From the NCBI GenBank assembly GCA_903892515.1, contig CAITIS010000067.1, positions 1,347 through 65,346 on the forward strand: a stretch of DNA of 64,000 nt. The letters run 5' to 3'. Under the pieces are notes generated by a model, which was given only the letters and a program-made list of their open reading frames with translations, searched no databases and was not told where the DNA came from. The position numbers were made by a program, and so were the translations under genes. This DNA is from an uncultured Planctomycetota bacterium (lineage in GTDB: Bacteria; Planctomycetota; Phycisphaerae; SM23-33). Below, piece by piece: positions 1-8,603 of this stretch; within the stretch, counting starts at the first letter, position 1, and each line of letters begins with the position of its first letter.

Positions 1-351
1 CGGCGACTTTTCCGGCGTCCCTTGCAGCCAGTACGCAAACACCAGCACTGCCTGGAAGTCGGCACCGAAGATGTTCTCCCATTCCTGCAAGGAATCAACA
101 TCCTCGCGCGTGACCCAGTTCTCCCAGGCCCGCACGCCGGATTGGCTCTTGGAGGTGTCGGGGAACTTCCGGCCTTTCACGTCCACCAGCAGGTTGCGCT
201 GGCTGGTCGAGTAGACCAGGAAGTCAAAACTCTTGATCGAGACGTTGGAGAAGATGGCCTTCTTGGCTTCGTCGACGGCGACGTAAGGCCAGCCCTTGGC
301 TTGCAGGTAGCTCTCGAAGGCGGCCTCATAATGAACGCTTCGTCGGGCCAA
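1..351 (-). CDS. Partial hypothetical protein (N-terminal 117 aa in window; possible PD-(D/E)xK-like motif D..DVK). Putative TTG start at 351, continues past the window start.
   Basis: Minus-strand frame translates ...LARRSVHYEAAFESYLQAKGWPYVAVDEAKKAIFSNVSIKSFDFLVYSTSQRNLLVDVKGRKFPD... with high GC3. The listed + ORF 22..429 is its antisense. AAGGA lies 9 nt upstream of the TTG. Confidence 0.35.
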   Translation of the reverse strand, partial: MARRSVHYEAAFESYLQAKGWPYVAVDEAKKAIFSNVSIKSFDFLVYSTSQRNLLVDVKGRKFPDTSKSQSGVRAWENWVTREDVDSLQEWENIFGADFQAVLVFAYWLQGTPEKSP

Positions 352-489
352 AGTCCCATATCCTTGGTAACTGTAGTAACTATCTCACAAGCTGATTCAC
401 CGCAGAGACCGCGAAGCCCGCAAAGTTGAAAATGTTTCAAAGCATTTCTCTGCGTTCTTTGCGGCCTCTGCGGTGAGTTCTGAGTTCTT

Positions 490-1782
490 CTAGACCAGAA
501 ATCGCCGCGGGTCCGAAACCAGTTCCGCCACATTTACATCCACCTGCTGGCCGGTGCCGAGGTCCTTCAGGCCGGCGGATGGGCCCGAGAGGATTACGGC
601 ATACCGCGCCTGGCGGCGGTTGGCTTCCTTGAGCAACTTGCCGACGTTGGCACTGCGGGCAGAGTAATCGCAGATGATGCCGCCCCGCCGCAACTTCGCT
701 GCCAGAGATAAGACGGCCGATGCGTCCTGGCCTTCCAGGCCGCTGATGACAAAGGCGTCGAGGCGATTTGTGAGAACGGGCCGCTTGCCCTTTTCCTCCA
801 GCAGAATGCCCAGCACGGCATCGCCCATGCCCAGGCCGGTGGCGCCGACTTTGGGCCCGCCTAAGACCTCCAGCAGATTATCGTACCGCCCCCCGCCGGC
901 CACCGCCCGCAGCGACTGCGCCGCGTCGAACACCTCGTAGACGATGCCCGTGTAATAGGCCAGCCCACGCACGACGTTCACGTCATACTTGCACCAGTCG
1001 GCGATGCCGAACGCGTCGAGCGCCTTCTGAAACGTCTTCAACTCGGCCAGGGCCTGCTCGATCGGCTCATTCTTCAGGCTCTGCAACTCCTGCGGCAGGT
1101 CGCCGGTTCCCGAACTGCCTTCCAGGAAGGCCAGCACCTTGGGGCGAATCGCCTCATCCGTCACGGCCCCCGCCAGCATCTCGGCAAAAGCTTCGGCGGG
1201 CACCTTTGACCGCTTATCCAGCACCGCCAGCATGCCTGGCACGCTCTCGGCTGACAGGCCCGCCGCCTTCAATACTTCCGACAGCAGCTTGCGGCTGGAG
1301 TATCGCACCTGGGCTTCGCCGGCGGTCAGGCCAAGTTCCTGCAAGGCGTCGATGGCCGTGAAGACGCACTCGGCGTCGGAGATGCCTTCCTCGCCGCCGA
1401 TGATGTCGATATTCCACTGAAAGAATTCCCGCAGCCGCCCTTTCTGGGGGTTTTCGGCCCGGAACAGCCGCGGCACGGAGAACCACTTTATTGGCCGGGG
1501 CAGTGAGTTGATCTTGGCGTTGACCATGCGGGCGAGCGTGGGCGTGATCTCTGGCCGCATGGCCAGTTGCCGCCCGGCGCGGTCGGTGAGATTGAAAAGC
1601 TGCGAGACGATCTCCTCGCCGCTCTTGACGCGGTACAGGTCGAGATACTCCAGTACCGGCCCGTCGAACTCGACAAAACCGTTGCGAATAGAGACCCGCC
1701 GCCAAGCCTCCGTAATCCAGTTACGAATAGCCATATCTTCGGGATAAAAGTCCCGCGTGCCTTTGACTGCCTGAAACGCCAT
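490..1782 (-). CDS. hisS: Histidine--tRNA ligase
   Basis: MAFQAVKGTRDFYPEDMAIRNWI...LFRAENPQKGRLREFFQWNIDIIG: class II aaRS HisRS motifs. True ATG at 1780-1782 inside the longer listed ORF (431 aa). Confidence 0.9.
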   Translation of the reverse strand: MAFQAVKGTRDFYPEDMAIRNWITEAWRRVSIRNGFVEFDGPVLEYLDLYRVKSGEEIVSQLFNLTDRAGRQLAMRPEITPTLARMVNAKINSLPRPIKWFSVPRLFRAENPQKGRLREFFQWNIDIIGGEEGISDAECVFTAIDALQELGLTAGEAQVRYSSRKLLSEVLKAAGLSAESVPGMLAVLDKRSKVPAEAFAEMLAGAVTDEAIRPKVLAFLEGSSGTGDLPQELQSLKNEPIEQALAELKTFQKALDAFGIADWCKYDVNVVRGLAYYTGIVYEVFDAAQSLRAVAGGGRYDNLLEVLGGPKVGATGLGMGDAVLGILLEEKGKRPVLTNRLDAFVISGLEGQDASAVLSLAAKLRRGGIICDYSARSANVGKLLKEANRRQARYAVILSGPSAGLKDLGTGQQVDVNVAELVSDPRRFLV

Positions 1783-2097
1783 GTTCTTACTCCCCCGCCG
1801 CAATGTCAGCGTGGCGGGACGCCGGTTGATAAACGGCGGATTATAGAGTCCCGCCCCTTCGGCGACAAGGCCGGAACGGCAAAGGCAGGATTGGCAGGGA
1901 TGCAGTGGATACAAGGGATGATGACGCGAAGCACGCGGGCGTTGGACGTGATGGCCGATGCCTGGATCGCGATGAAGCCGTTTCTGGATTTTGCTCTCGA
2001 TGGGATGCATTGATGGCCGGGCGGGCACTTGAACGTTCTGCGAAGTTCTCTCTTTGCGTCCTTTGCGTTCTCTGCGGTTTGATGTTGTAATCCACCC

Positions 2098-3537
2098 ATG
2101 CCGACTACCCGGACTCCGCGCGTTGCCCTGGTGCATGACTGGCTGGTCGGCATGCGCGGTGGCGAGGCCGTTTTGGAGGAGCTTTGCCGGTTGTTCCCCC
2201 AGGCTGAAGTTTTCACGCTCTTTCATGGCCCCGGCTCGGTGAGTGAGACGATCGAGCGGCACCGGATTCACGCCAGTTGCCTCAATAGGACGCTGTTGCG
2301 CCGCCACTACCGCCACCTGCTGCCGCTGATGCCCTGGGCCATCGAGAAGATGGACGTCAGCGACTTTGACATTGTTATTGCGTCGAGCCACTGCGTCGCC
2401 CATGGCATCGGCGGCACCGGCCGGTTCGACCGCAAGCTCACCGATGAGCGGCCGGGGCAGCTGCGCATCAGCTATTGCCACACGCCCATGCGGTACGCGT
2501 GGTCGGCTACCGACGAGTACGCGCGCAGCGGGTTTCTCAGCGGCTTGGCGCTGCGGACAGTGGCGGGCTCGCTGCGAAAATGGGATCGTCGCGCTGCTCT
2601 GTCGGTGGATTTGTTCATCGCCAATAGTCAGAACGTCGCCGACAGGATTGGGCGATTCTATGGCCGGCCGGCGGATGTGCTGTACGCGCCGGTGGAGGCA
2701 GAGTACTTCTGCCCCGCCGACGTGGCACGCGAGGATTTCTACCTTGTCGTGGCCGCCAATGCCCCGTACAAACGCATCGATCAAGCCATCGCCGCCGCGC
2801 GACAACTTGGCCGGCGGCTGGTCATTGCCGGGCCGGGGTACAAGACCGGGGCACTAGGATGCGTTTCGCCGTGCCGCCCCTTCGGGGCTCATAACTCCAG
2901 CGAGCCTTACCGGGGGCTCACGCCCCCGGCTACAATCGTTCCGGCCCTTCGGGCCTCAGCGGGGCCTCGAACGCGTGACGATCTGCACTCCGCGTCGCCT
3001 CCAATCGAACGCCGAACGGAACGCGTAGGTGAATCCCAATCTGAACATGGCGTTGAATCCCAATCTGAGCGTGGAACTGAATCCCGATCAGAACGCGGAA
3101 TCAAATCCCGGTCAGAACATGAAATGCCACACCGGCATGAACCGGAGATTCTTGGCGCCGTGGCGCGCGGGCCGCTGCGGGAGCTGTACCGTTCCGCCCG
3201 GGCGGTGCTGATGCCTGGCGAGGAGGATTTCGGCATCGCCGCCGTCGAGGCCATGGGCTCCGGCTGTCCCGTCATCGCCTATGCTGCCGGCGGGGCCCTG
3301 GAAACCGTCCGCGACGTGCGGCAGAACGTGGCCAATCCCACCGGCCTGTTGTATAAGCGGCAGGACGTGGAGTCGCTGGCCGAGGCGATGCTCGAATTGG
3401 AAGGCCTGACCGACCGCTTCGTGCCCTCGCAGATGCACGAGTGGGCGCGGCGCTTCTCGCCTGAGCAATTCCGCGCCGGTTTCCAGCGGATCGTCGGGCC
3501 CCTGATGCAAGAACGAAATTGGACCTGTCCATGGTGA
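2098..3537 (+). CDS. Glycosyltransferase family 4 (GT-B) with a ~100-aa in-frame insertion in the C-terminal Rossmann domain
   Basis: N-terminal GT4 domain, then DFYLVVAANAPYKRIDQAIAAARQLGRRLVIAGPG ... EDFGIAAVEAMGSGCPVIAYAAGGALETV (E-x7-E-like GT4 motif). The insertion at ~2850-3140 carries a REP-like hairpin element plus a 24-bp x4 tandem repeat. Confidence 0.75.
   Translation: MPTTRTPRVALVHDWLVGMRGGEAVLEELCRLFPQAEVFTLFHGPGSVSETIERHRIHASCLNRTLLRRHYRHLLPLMPWAIEKMDVSDFDIVIASSHCVAHGIGGTGRFDRKLTDERPGQLRISYCHTPMRYAWSATDEYARSGFLSGLALRTVAGSLRKWDRRAALSVDLFIANSQNVADRIGRFYGRPADVLYAPVEAEYFCPADVAREDFYLVVAANAPYKRIDQAIAAARQLGRRLVIAGPGYKTGALGCVSPCRPFGAHNSSEPYRGLTPPATIVPALRASAGPRTRDDLHSASPPIERRTERVGESQSEHGVESQSERGTESRSERGIKSRSEHEMPHRHEPEILGAVARGPLRELYRSARAVLMPGEEDFGIAAVEAMGSGCPVIAYAAGGALETVRDVRQNVANPTGLLYKRQDVESLAEAMLELEGLTDRFVPSQMHEWARRFSPEQFRAGFQRIVGPLMQERNWTCPW
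2869..2957. repeat. GC-rich multi-hairpin repeat element (family 4) lying inside the GT4 coding sequence; second copy at 42962..43045
   Basis: Shares ...cgccccNtcggggctc...gggctcRcgcccNcggctacaatcgttccggcccttcgggcctc with 42962-43045 (~75% identity). Internal hairpins: gcccc-ttc-ggggc, ccggggg-ctcac-gcccccgg, ggccc-ttcg-ggcc. Confidence 0.6.
3007..3126 (+). repeat. 24-bp tandem repeat, 4 clear units plus one degenerate, encoding (E/K)S(Q/R)SE(H/R)G(V/T/I)-type octapeptides in-frame within GT4
   Basis: gaatcccaatctgaacatggcgtt / gaatcccaatctgagcgtggaact / gaatcccgatcagaacgcggaatc / aaatcccggtcagaacatgaaatg. Confidence 0.7.
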
Positions 3538-4847
3538 AGCAACATAGTCAATTGATGCGGGCCTTGCTGGGCCTGTGCGACCTGGCCGTGATGGCGGCGG
3601 CGGCGGCGGCGGCGTGCTGGCTGGCCGAGCGCGACGACGCGTTTCGCCGGCCGATGCTGACGCTGGGGGCGATTCTCACGCTGCTGATCTTCAGCCGGTG
3701 CGACCTGTACAGCCCGCGGCGCACGGCCGCCATCATCTGGGAATGGGTCGATGTCACGCGGGCCTGCGTCATCGTGGCGGTGCTGGCCGGGCTGGTGCTG
3801 TCGCTGCTGCTGCCGGACGTGCCGGTAGTGATCGCCCTGTTCCTGGTGATCTGGGTGCCGCTGGCGGTGCTCTTTCGCACGGCTGCGCGGATGATCCTGC
3901 GCCGGGCCCGCCGCCGCGGCTGGAACGCCCGTTCCGCCGCCATCGTCGGCGACGCCGCCAGCGCCGACCAACTCATGCAGGAACTCCAATCCAGCACGTG
4001 GACCGGCATCAACGTGATTTACCGCCTGGCGGACGAGCACCCGGCCATCGGCTCGATCGATCAACTCGGTTCGTGCCTGGCCCGCGAGCCGGTGGAGATG
4101 GTTTTCGTGGCCCTGTCATCGGCTCAGCAGCAGCGTCTGCAAGCGGTGCTGGCGGAGTTACAGAAGGTCACCACCGACATCCACATCGTGCCTGACTTGG
4201 TGCAGTACTCCTTTCTCCGCCGCCAGGTCAATCAGATCGGCTCGGTACCGACGATCTCGCTGACCCACAGCCCGCAAGAGGGCTTCCACGAGTTGCTCAA
4301 GCGCGGCATGGATGTGATCGGTTCGCTCATCGGCCTGCTGCTCTTTGGGCCGGCGATGATCGTGATTGCAGCGATGATCCGGCTCAAGGACGGCCCGGGC
4401 GTGCTGTTCGTGCAGCGGCGAAGTTCGCTGGGCGGGCGCGAGTTTCCGATGCTGAAGTTTCGCACCATGGCCGGGGCGGCCGGGGCGGAAAATGATGCCG
4501 ATGATCGGCGCGTGACCGCGTTGGGAAAGACGCTCAGGCGGTGGAGCTTGGACGAGCTGCCGCAGCTTCTCAACGTGCTGATCGGGCAGATGTCGCTGGT
4601 GGGCCCGCGGCCGGAGCGGCCAGAGCGGATCGCGGAACTGGCCCCGCAGATTTCGGACTACCTGCTGCGGCAGCACGTCAAGAGCGGCATGACCGGCTGG
4701 GCGCAGATCCACGGCCTGCGCGGGCCGTGCGACATGAGCCGGCGAGTCCAATACGACCTTTACTATATCATTCACTGGAGCATCGGCCTGGACCTGTGGG
4801 TCCTGGCATTGACGCTGCTGAAAGGGTTTTTCCATTCCGACGAATGA
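3519..4847 (+). CDS. Polyprenyl-phosphate glycosyl-1-phosphate transferase (WbaP/exopolysaccharide sugar transferase family)
   Basis: N-terminal TM helices. C-terminal bacterial sugar transferase domain: DVIGSLIGLLLFGPAMIVIAAMIRLKDGPGVLFVQRRSSLGGREFPMLKFRTM...DELPQLLNVLIGQMSLVGPRPERPE. Confidence 0.85.
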   Translation: MDLSMVKQHSQLMRALLGLCDLAVMAAAAAAACWLAERDDAFRRPMLTLGAILTLLIFSRCDLYSPRRTAAIIWEWVDVTRACVIVAVLAGLVLSLLLPDVPVVIALFLVIWVPLAVLFRTAARMILRRARRRGWNARSAAIVGDAASADQLMQELQSSTWTGINVIYRLADEHPAIGSIDQLGSCLAREPVEMVFVALSSAQQQRLQAVLAELQKVTTDIHIVPDLVQYSFLRRQVNQIGSVPTISLTHSPQEGFHELLKRGMDVIGSLIGLLLFGPAMIVIAAMIRLKDGPGVLFVQRRSSLGGREFPMLKFRTMAGAAGAENDADDRRVTALGKTLRRWSLDELPQLLNVLIGQMSLVGPRPERPERIAELAPQISDYLLRQHVKSGMTGWAQIHGLRGPCDMSRRVQYDLYYIIHWSIGLDLWVLALTLLKGFFHSDE

Positions 4848-4911
4848 GGTAATCGCGCCGGAGGCATCGAATTCCCGGCCAGGGCGGCGGCAGCTTGCCG
4901 CTCTGGTATTT

Positions 4912-6420
4912 GTGCTGGCGATCTGCCTGCTGGCTCGGCTGTACACGCTGGCCCACACGGATAACATCGCCGTGGACGGGGCCACGCTGCTGTCGATGGC
5001 GATGCGGCTGGCGCAATCGCCAACGGCGGCCATTCATGAATTTCCGCACCACCCGGGCTACCCCGCCCTGGTCGCGTTTGCTGCCAAAGCGGTCGGCGCC
5101 AGCGGGCCCGTTGAGTGGGCTCTAACGGGCCAGGTGGTGACCATTGTGCTAAGCCTACTGGCCGTGGGGTGCCTGTACGGCATCGCGGCATTGCTGTTTG
5201 ACCACTCGATCGCCCTGCTGTCGGCGCTGATGTTTGGCCTGTGCCCGGAGGTCGGGTATCTTTGCGCCGATGCCCTCTCGGACATTCCCGCGCTGGCCTG
5301 GGGGCTGCTCTCGCTGATGTTGGCGTTGTACGCGGTGCGCGACGACCGCCGGCCGAAACTCTTGCCCGTGATTCTTGGCGGCCTGGCCGGTGGCTTGGCC
5401 TATCTCACCCGGCCAGAGTACCTGCTATGCCCTGCCCTGGGCGTACTGGTGCTGCTGCTGGCGCCCAAGCGGAGTTTCCTGGCCCTCGGGCTGTACGTCG
5501 GTGTGTGCGCGGCGCTGTGCGGCCCTTATGCCATCGCCATCGGCGGCTTCACGAACAAGAAGGGTGTGCACGACTTCGTGCTGGCCCAATCCGCTGCGGC
5601 GACGCTGACAGCCGGCGTGGGCCATGACTTCTACCAGGTCTTCAAACGCTCGGCCCAGATCATCAGCGCCCCGCCGCTGGTCCTGCTGCACGTGTATGTG
5701 CTGGGCAGAATCGCCTCCCGGTTTTGGCCCGCTATCAAGACACAATTCGTGGCCTTGCAGCATCGTCGTTTGCAGTGGCTGCTGATAGCCCCCCTGCTGC
5801 TGATGACGCCGCTGCTGATGAGCCTGGAGGAACGCCGCGGGCCGGGCTACATCGACTCGCGGCACATGCTGCTGCCCTCGGCATTACTGTTCGTCTATGC
5901 CGCCCTGGGATTGGTGCTGCTCGTGGAGGTTCTATCAGCCCTGATGCAGCGGCTGCGGCGCGCCCCCGCCACCGGGGCCATCCTGGTAACGCTGCTGGTG
6001 ATCGTGATTGGCGCCAACATGCCGCGCGTGGTCAGGCCGTTGCAGGTGGGCAAGGCGATCTTTCGCCAGGCCGGTAGCAAGCTGCTGGCGGAATACGGGC
6101 CGGGACATTACGTGCTGAGTTCAGATAGCCGCGTGGCGTTCTTTGCGGCCAGCCCATTGCAGCAATTCACACACGGCACGGACATGCCTTCTCTTCTCCG
6201 GCCGGAGTATTTGAAGAGCGCCGAATCGCTACGCAGCGCGCTGGCCGAACGCCACGGCCGGCGCTACGAGTTCCTGGCCATCGCCCAGAATGTCATTACT
6301 GACGCCAGCACTCGCGGCCCGCTCGATGCCCTCGCCGGCCGGTTGATCCCCCTCTTCTCGGGCCAGTCGCCCGGCACGCGCCCACAGGCCGTCATGGTTT
6401 TTGAGATCAAGGCGGAGTGA
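4912..6420 (+). CDS. Polytopic membrane protein, possible GT-C (GT39/ArnT-like) glycosyltransferase
   Basis: At least 10 predicted hydrophobic helices and a C-terminal soluble domain. Sits in a GT4/WbaP glycosylation cluster. Family assignment is weak. Confidence 0.5.
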   Translation: MLAICLLARLYTLAHTDNIAVDGATLLSMAMRLAQSPTAAIHEFPHHPGYPALVAFAAKAVGASGPVEWALTGQVVTIVLSLLAVGCLYGIAALLFDHSIALLSALMFGLCPEVGYLCADALSDIPALAWGLLSLMLALYAVRDDRRPKLLPVILGGLAGGLAYLTRPEYLLCPALGVLVLLLAPKRSFLALGLYVGVCAALCGPYAIAIGGFTNKKGVHDFVLAQSAAATLTAGVGHDFYQVFKRSAQIISAPPLVLLHVYVLGRIASRFWPAIKTQFVALQHRRLQWLLIAPLLLMTPLLMSLEERRGPGYIDSRHMLLPSALLFVYAALGLVLLVEVLSALMQRLRRAPATGAILVTLLVIVIGANMPRVVRPLQVGKAIFRQAGSKLLAEYGPGHYVLSSDSRVAFFAASPLQQFTHGTDMPSLLRPEYLKSAESLRSALAERHGRRYEFLAIAQNVITDASTRGPLDALAGRLIPLFSGQSPGTRPQAVMVFEIKAE

Positions 6421-6499
6421 CGTCGGCGGACATTGTCTCCGCCCAATGCTAACGGATTGCGACGCAGAGACACTGAGAGGCACAGAGGCAGGACTTTGC

Positions 6500-6790
6500 A
6501 TAAAGCGAGCGAAGTCGCGTTGCCTTAAGCCCGAAGGGCTTGGAGTCTAGCCCAGGGCAGAGCGAAGCGCCGCCCTGGGTTGGCAGGGATACATGTTAGC
6601 CCTGTAAGGGCGGGATAGCTCTGTCTCTGACGCCCTTTCAGGGCTTGCTTTTGTGACGCATGTTTACCTGGGGCGTTGCCCCAGGCTGTAGTCTCTCAGC
6701 CCTTCGGGCTGCATAGCCCAACGGTCCAGCGAGTCATCACAAATGCCTAATCATGCAAAAAGCCCGAGAGGCAGAGAAATCCCTACGTTG
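6500..6790. repeat. Dense array of GC-rich stem-loops (at least 6 hairpins with tetraloop-like loops) in a 370-bp intergenic region
   Basis: aagccc-gaag-ggctt; cccagggc-(13 nt)-gccctggg; gccct-gtaa-gggc; gccct-ttca-gggc; cctgggg-cgtt-gccccagg; cagccc-ttcg-ggctg. Confidence 0.55.
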
Positions 6791-6792
6791 GC

Positions 6793-7029
6793 TCACTCGA
6801 CCGGATCGTAGCCCTTGCCGCCCCAGGGATGGCAGCGCAGGATTCGCCAGAGCCCCTTGGCCGAACCACGGAGCGGGCCCTTCTTTTGCACCGCTTCGAT
6901 GAAGTATTCGCTGCACGTCGGCTGAAAACGGCACTGCCCGCCCAGAAACCGCGAGAGCGTCACTTGGTAGAATCGTACGATGGCGATTATCGCCCTGCCC
7001 GCGAAACTCGCGTGTGGCTCGCCGCTCAC
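6793..7029 (-). CDS. yidD: Membrane protein insertion efficiency factor YidD
   Basis: [64 protein letters not shown]. Confidence 0.85.
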   Translation of the reverse strand: MSGEPHASFAGRAIIAIVRFYQVTLSRFLGGQCRFQPTCSEYFIEAVQKKGPLRGSAKGLWRILRCHPWGGKGYDPVE

Positions 7030-7394
7030 GGCTTGGCTTCCTGCGCGCCGGCCCGGCTGAGTTTACGCAGCGACTGCTGCAATTCTTCCAGCACCGGCTC
7101 GTAGCCCAATTGCGGGCGCAGGACGTAATCGTAACCGGCAGGCAGTTCCGGGCGGGTTAAGCGGAAGGCTTCACGGCAGACGCGTTTAATGCGGTTGCGC
7201 TTAACGGCTGGGCCATGACGCACCGACACCAGCACGGCCATTCGGGAGCGTCCCAGGCCGTTGGCTATCATGTGCAGCCGAAGCCGGCGGTCGGAAACCA
7301 CCTTGCCCTGTCGGATACCTCGCGACAGGTCGCGCTCGCGATGGATGCGGTCGTTTTTCTTAAGGCCAAGGCGCAGAGGTCTCTCCATGTTCAC
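7026..7394 (-). CDS. rnpA: Ribonuclease P protein component
   Basis: Basic protein with [28 protein letters not shown]. Overlaps yidD by 4 nt (rnpA-yidD synteny). GTG start. Confidence 0.8.
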   Translation of the reverse strand: MNMERPLRLGLKKNDRIHRERDLSRGIRQGKVVSDRRLRLHMIANGLGRSRMAVLVSVRHGPAVKRNRIKRVCREAFRLTRPELPAGYDYVLRPQLGYEPVLEELQQSLRKLSRAGAQEAKP

Positions 7395-7489
7395 CGGCGC
7401 ATTCTACGTCGGAGGGAGGGAAATGAGAAGTCATCGTACACTTGGTGCTTGACGGAAAGGTCCACCTTCCATACAAGTAATGTAATTCC

Positions 7490-8548
7490 ATGGATTCGGG
7501 AGCTCATAGAATGGCCTTTAGGGTTGCTCAGACAACATTGTCCGCTCTTATGGTGCTGGCTTGGGTGGCAGGATGCCAGAAGCCCGAGGCCAGCCCTCTC
7601 GTCCCTGCGCATCAGGCCAGCAGTTATTACGTCGAAGGCCAGTTGGCCATGGATCGTCAGGACTATGACGCCGCCCTGGCGGAACTGCGAAAGGCCATCG
7701 CGGCCGATCCTTCGCTGTCGGTGGCCCACGCCGCCATCGGCGATATCTACCGCAAGCAAGGCAAGTTAGAAGAAGCCGCCAGCGCCTACGAGCAGGCCGT
7801 CACCACCGACCCGTCCTCCTTCCGGCCACAGTACAACCTTGGCGTCGTCTACCAGGCGCTGGCCGATGCCGCCAAAGACGCCCAGGCCGGGGCCGAGTAC
7901 ATCCAGAAGGCCATCGATACCTACGTCAAGGCCCTGGAGATTCAGCCGGGCGATTTTGACGCCAATTTGAACCTCTGCTCCTGCTACTTCCAGGAAGGCA
8001 AGTACGACCTGGCCGAGAAGTACTGCAAGGGCGCCATCCAGGCCGACCCGAAAAACCCAGGCGGACCGTTCAATCTGGGCGTGATCTACAAGCAGATGGA
8101 CCGCCCCTACGATGCCATCCGTGCCTTCAAAGACTCGCTCGAACTGGACATCAACCAGCCACGGCTGCTCGTAGAACTGGGCAACGTGTACATGAAGCTT
8201 GACCGTCTCAAGGACGCCCAGAAGGCGTTTGAACTGGCCACGCAGCAAGACGCTGAGAACGCCGATGCCTGGGAGCAGATGGGCCAGGTCTACTACCATC
8301 AGCAGCGCTATGATGAGGCGGTCAAGGCCTATGAGAAGGCCATCACGCTGAATCCCAAAAGTTCCTCGGCCTATCGCGGGCTGGGTGTGGTCTATATGAC
8401 GCAGTTCATCAATCAGCCGGGCGAGCCGGGGCTGCGTGAAAAAGGTCTGGAGGCCTGGAATCTGTCGTTGGAGTACAACTCTAACCAGGAGGACCTTGTG
8501 AAGTTGGTTCGGAAGTACACGCCGACGTTGTCGAAGCCGTCGTTGTAA
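7490..8548 (+). CDS. Tetratricopeptide-repeat lipoprotein
   Basis: Signal peptide plus lipobox (LAWVAGC). Multiple TPR-like A-x-x-Y/A repeats (AYEQAVTTDP, YVKALEIQP, KAYEKAITLNP). Likely start at the MAFRV ATG at 7511. Confidence 0.7.
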   Translation: MDSGAHRMAFRVAQTTLSALMVLAWVAGCQKPEASPLVPAHQASSYYVEGQLAMDRQDYDAALAELRKAIAADPSLSVAHAAIGDIYRKQGKLEEAASAYEQAVTTDPSSFRPQYNLGVVYQALADAAKDAQAGAEYIQKAIDTYVKALEIQPGDFDANLNLCSCYFQEGKYDLAEKYCKGAIQADPKNPGGPFNLGVIYKQMDRPYDAIRAFKDSLELDINQPRLLVELGNVYMKLDRLKDAQKAFELATQQDAENADAWEQMGQVYYHQQRYDEAVKAYEKAITLNPKSSSAYRGLGVVYMTQFINQPGEPGLREKGLEAWNLSLEYNSNQEDLVKLVRKYTPTLSKPSL

Positions 8549-8603
8549 GCGTAAGCTTTTCTGGACCAGGAACCGAGCCTCTAGAAACATACGGACACCG
8601 ACC

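Noticed and set aside
22-429. 135-aa + strand ORF at the window start
   Set aside because: It is the antisense shadow of a GC3-biased minus-strand gene (1..351) that has a recognisable protein-like translation. Its own sequence is low-complexity.
3279-4195. Large antisense and alternative-frame ORFs (3279-4064 -, 3575-4195 +, 3548-4012 -) within the WbaP-like gene
   Set aside because: These are Arg/Gly/Pro-rich low-complexity translations typical of high-GC shadows. The + strand frame 3519-4847 has the conserved sugar-transferase domain.
6480-6790. Possible CRISPR array, considered for the hairpin-rich spacers here and at 42841-43060
   Set aside because: The hairpins differ in sequence and spacing. 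There are no identical direct repeats with regular spacers and no cas genes nearby.
7395-7560. rpmH (L34), expected immediately upstream of rnpA
   Set aside because: All three minus-strand frames were translated and no MKRTFQPS-like peptide was found. The gene is apparently not at this position.
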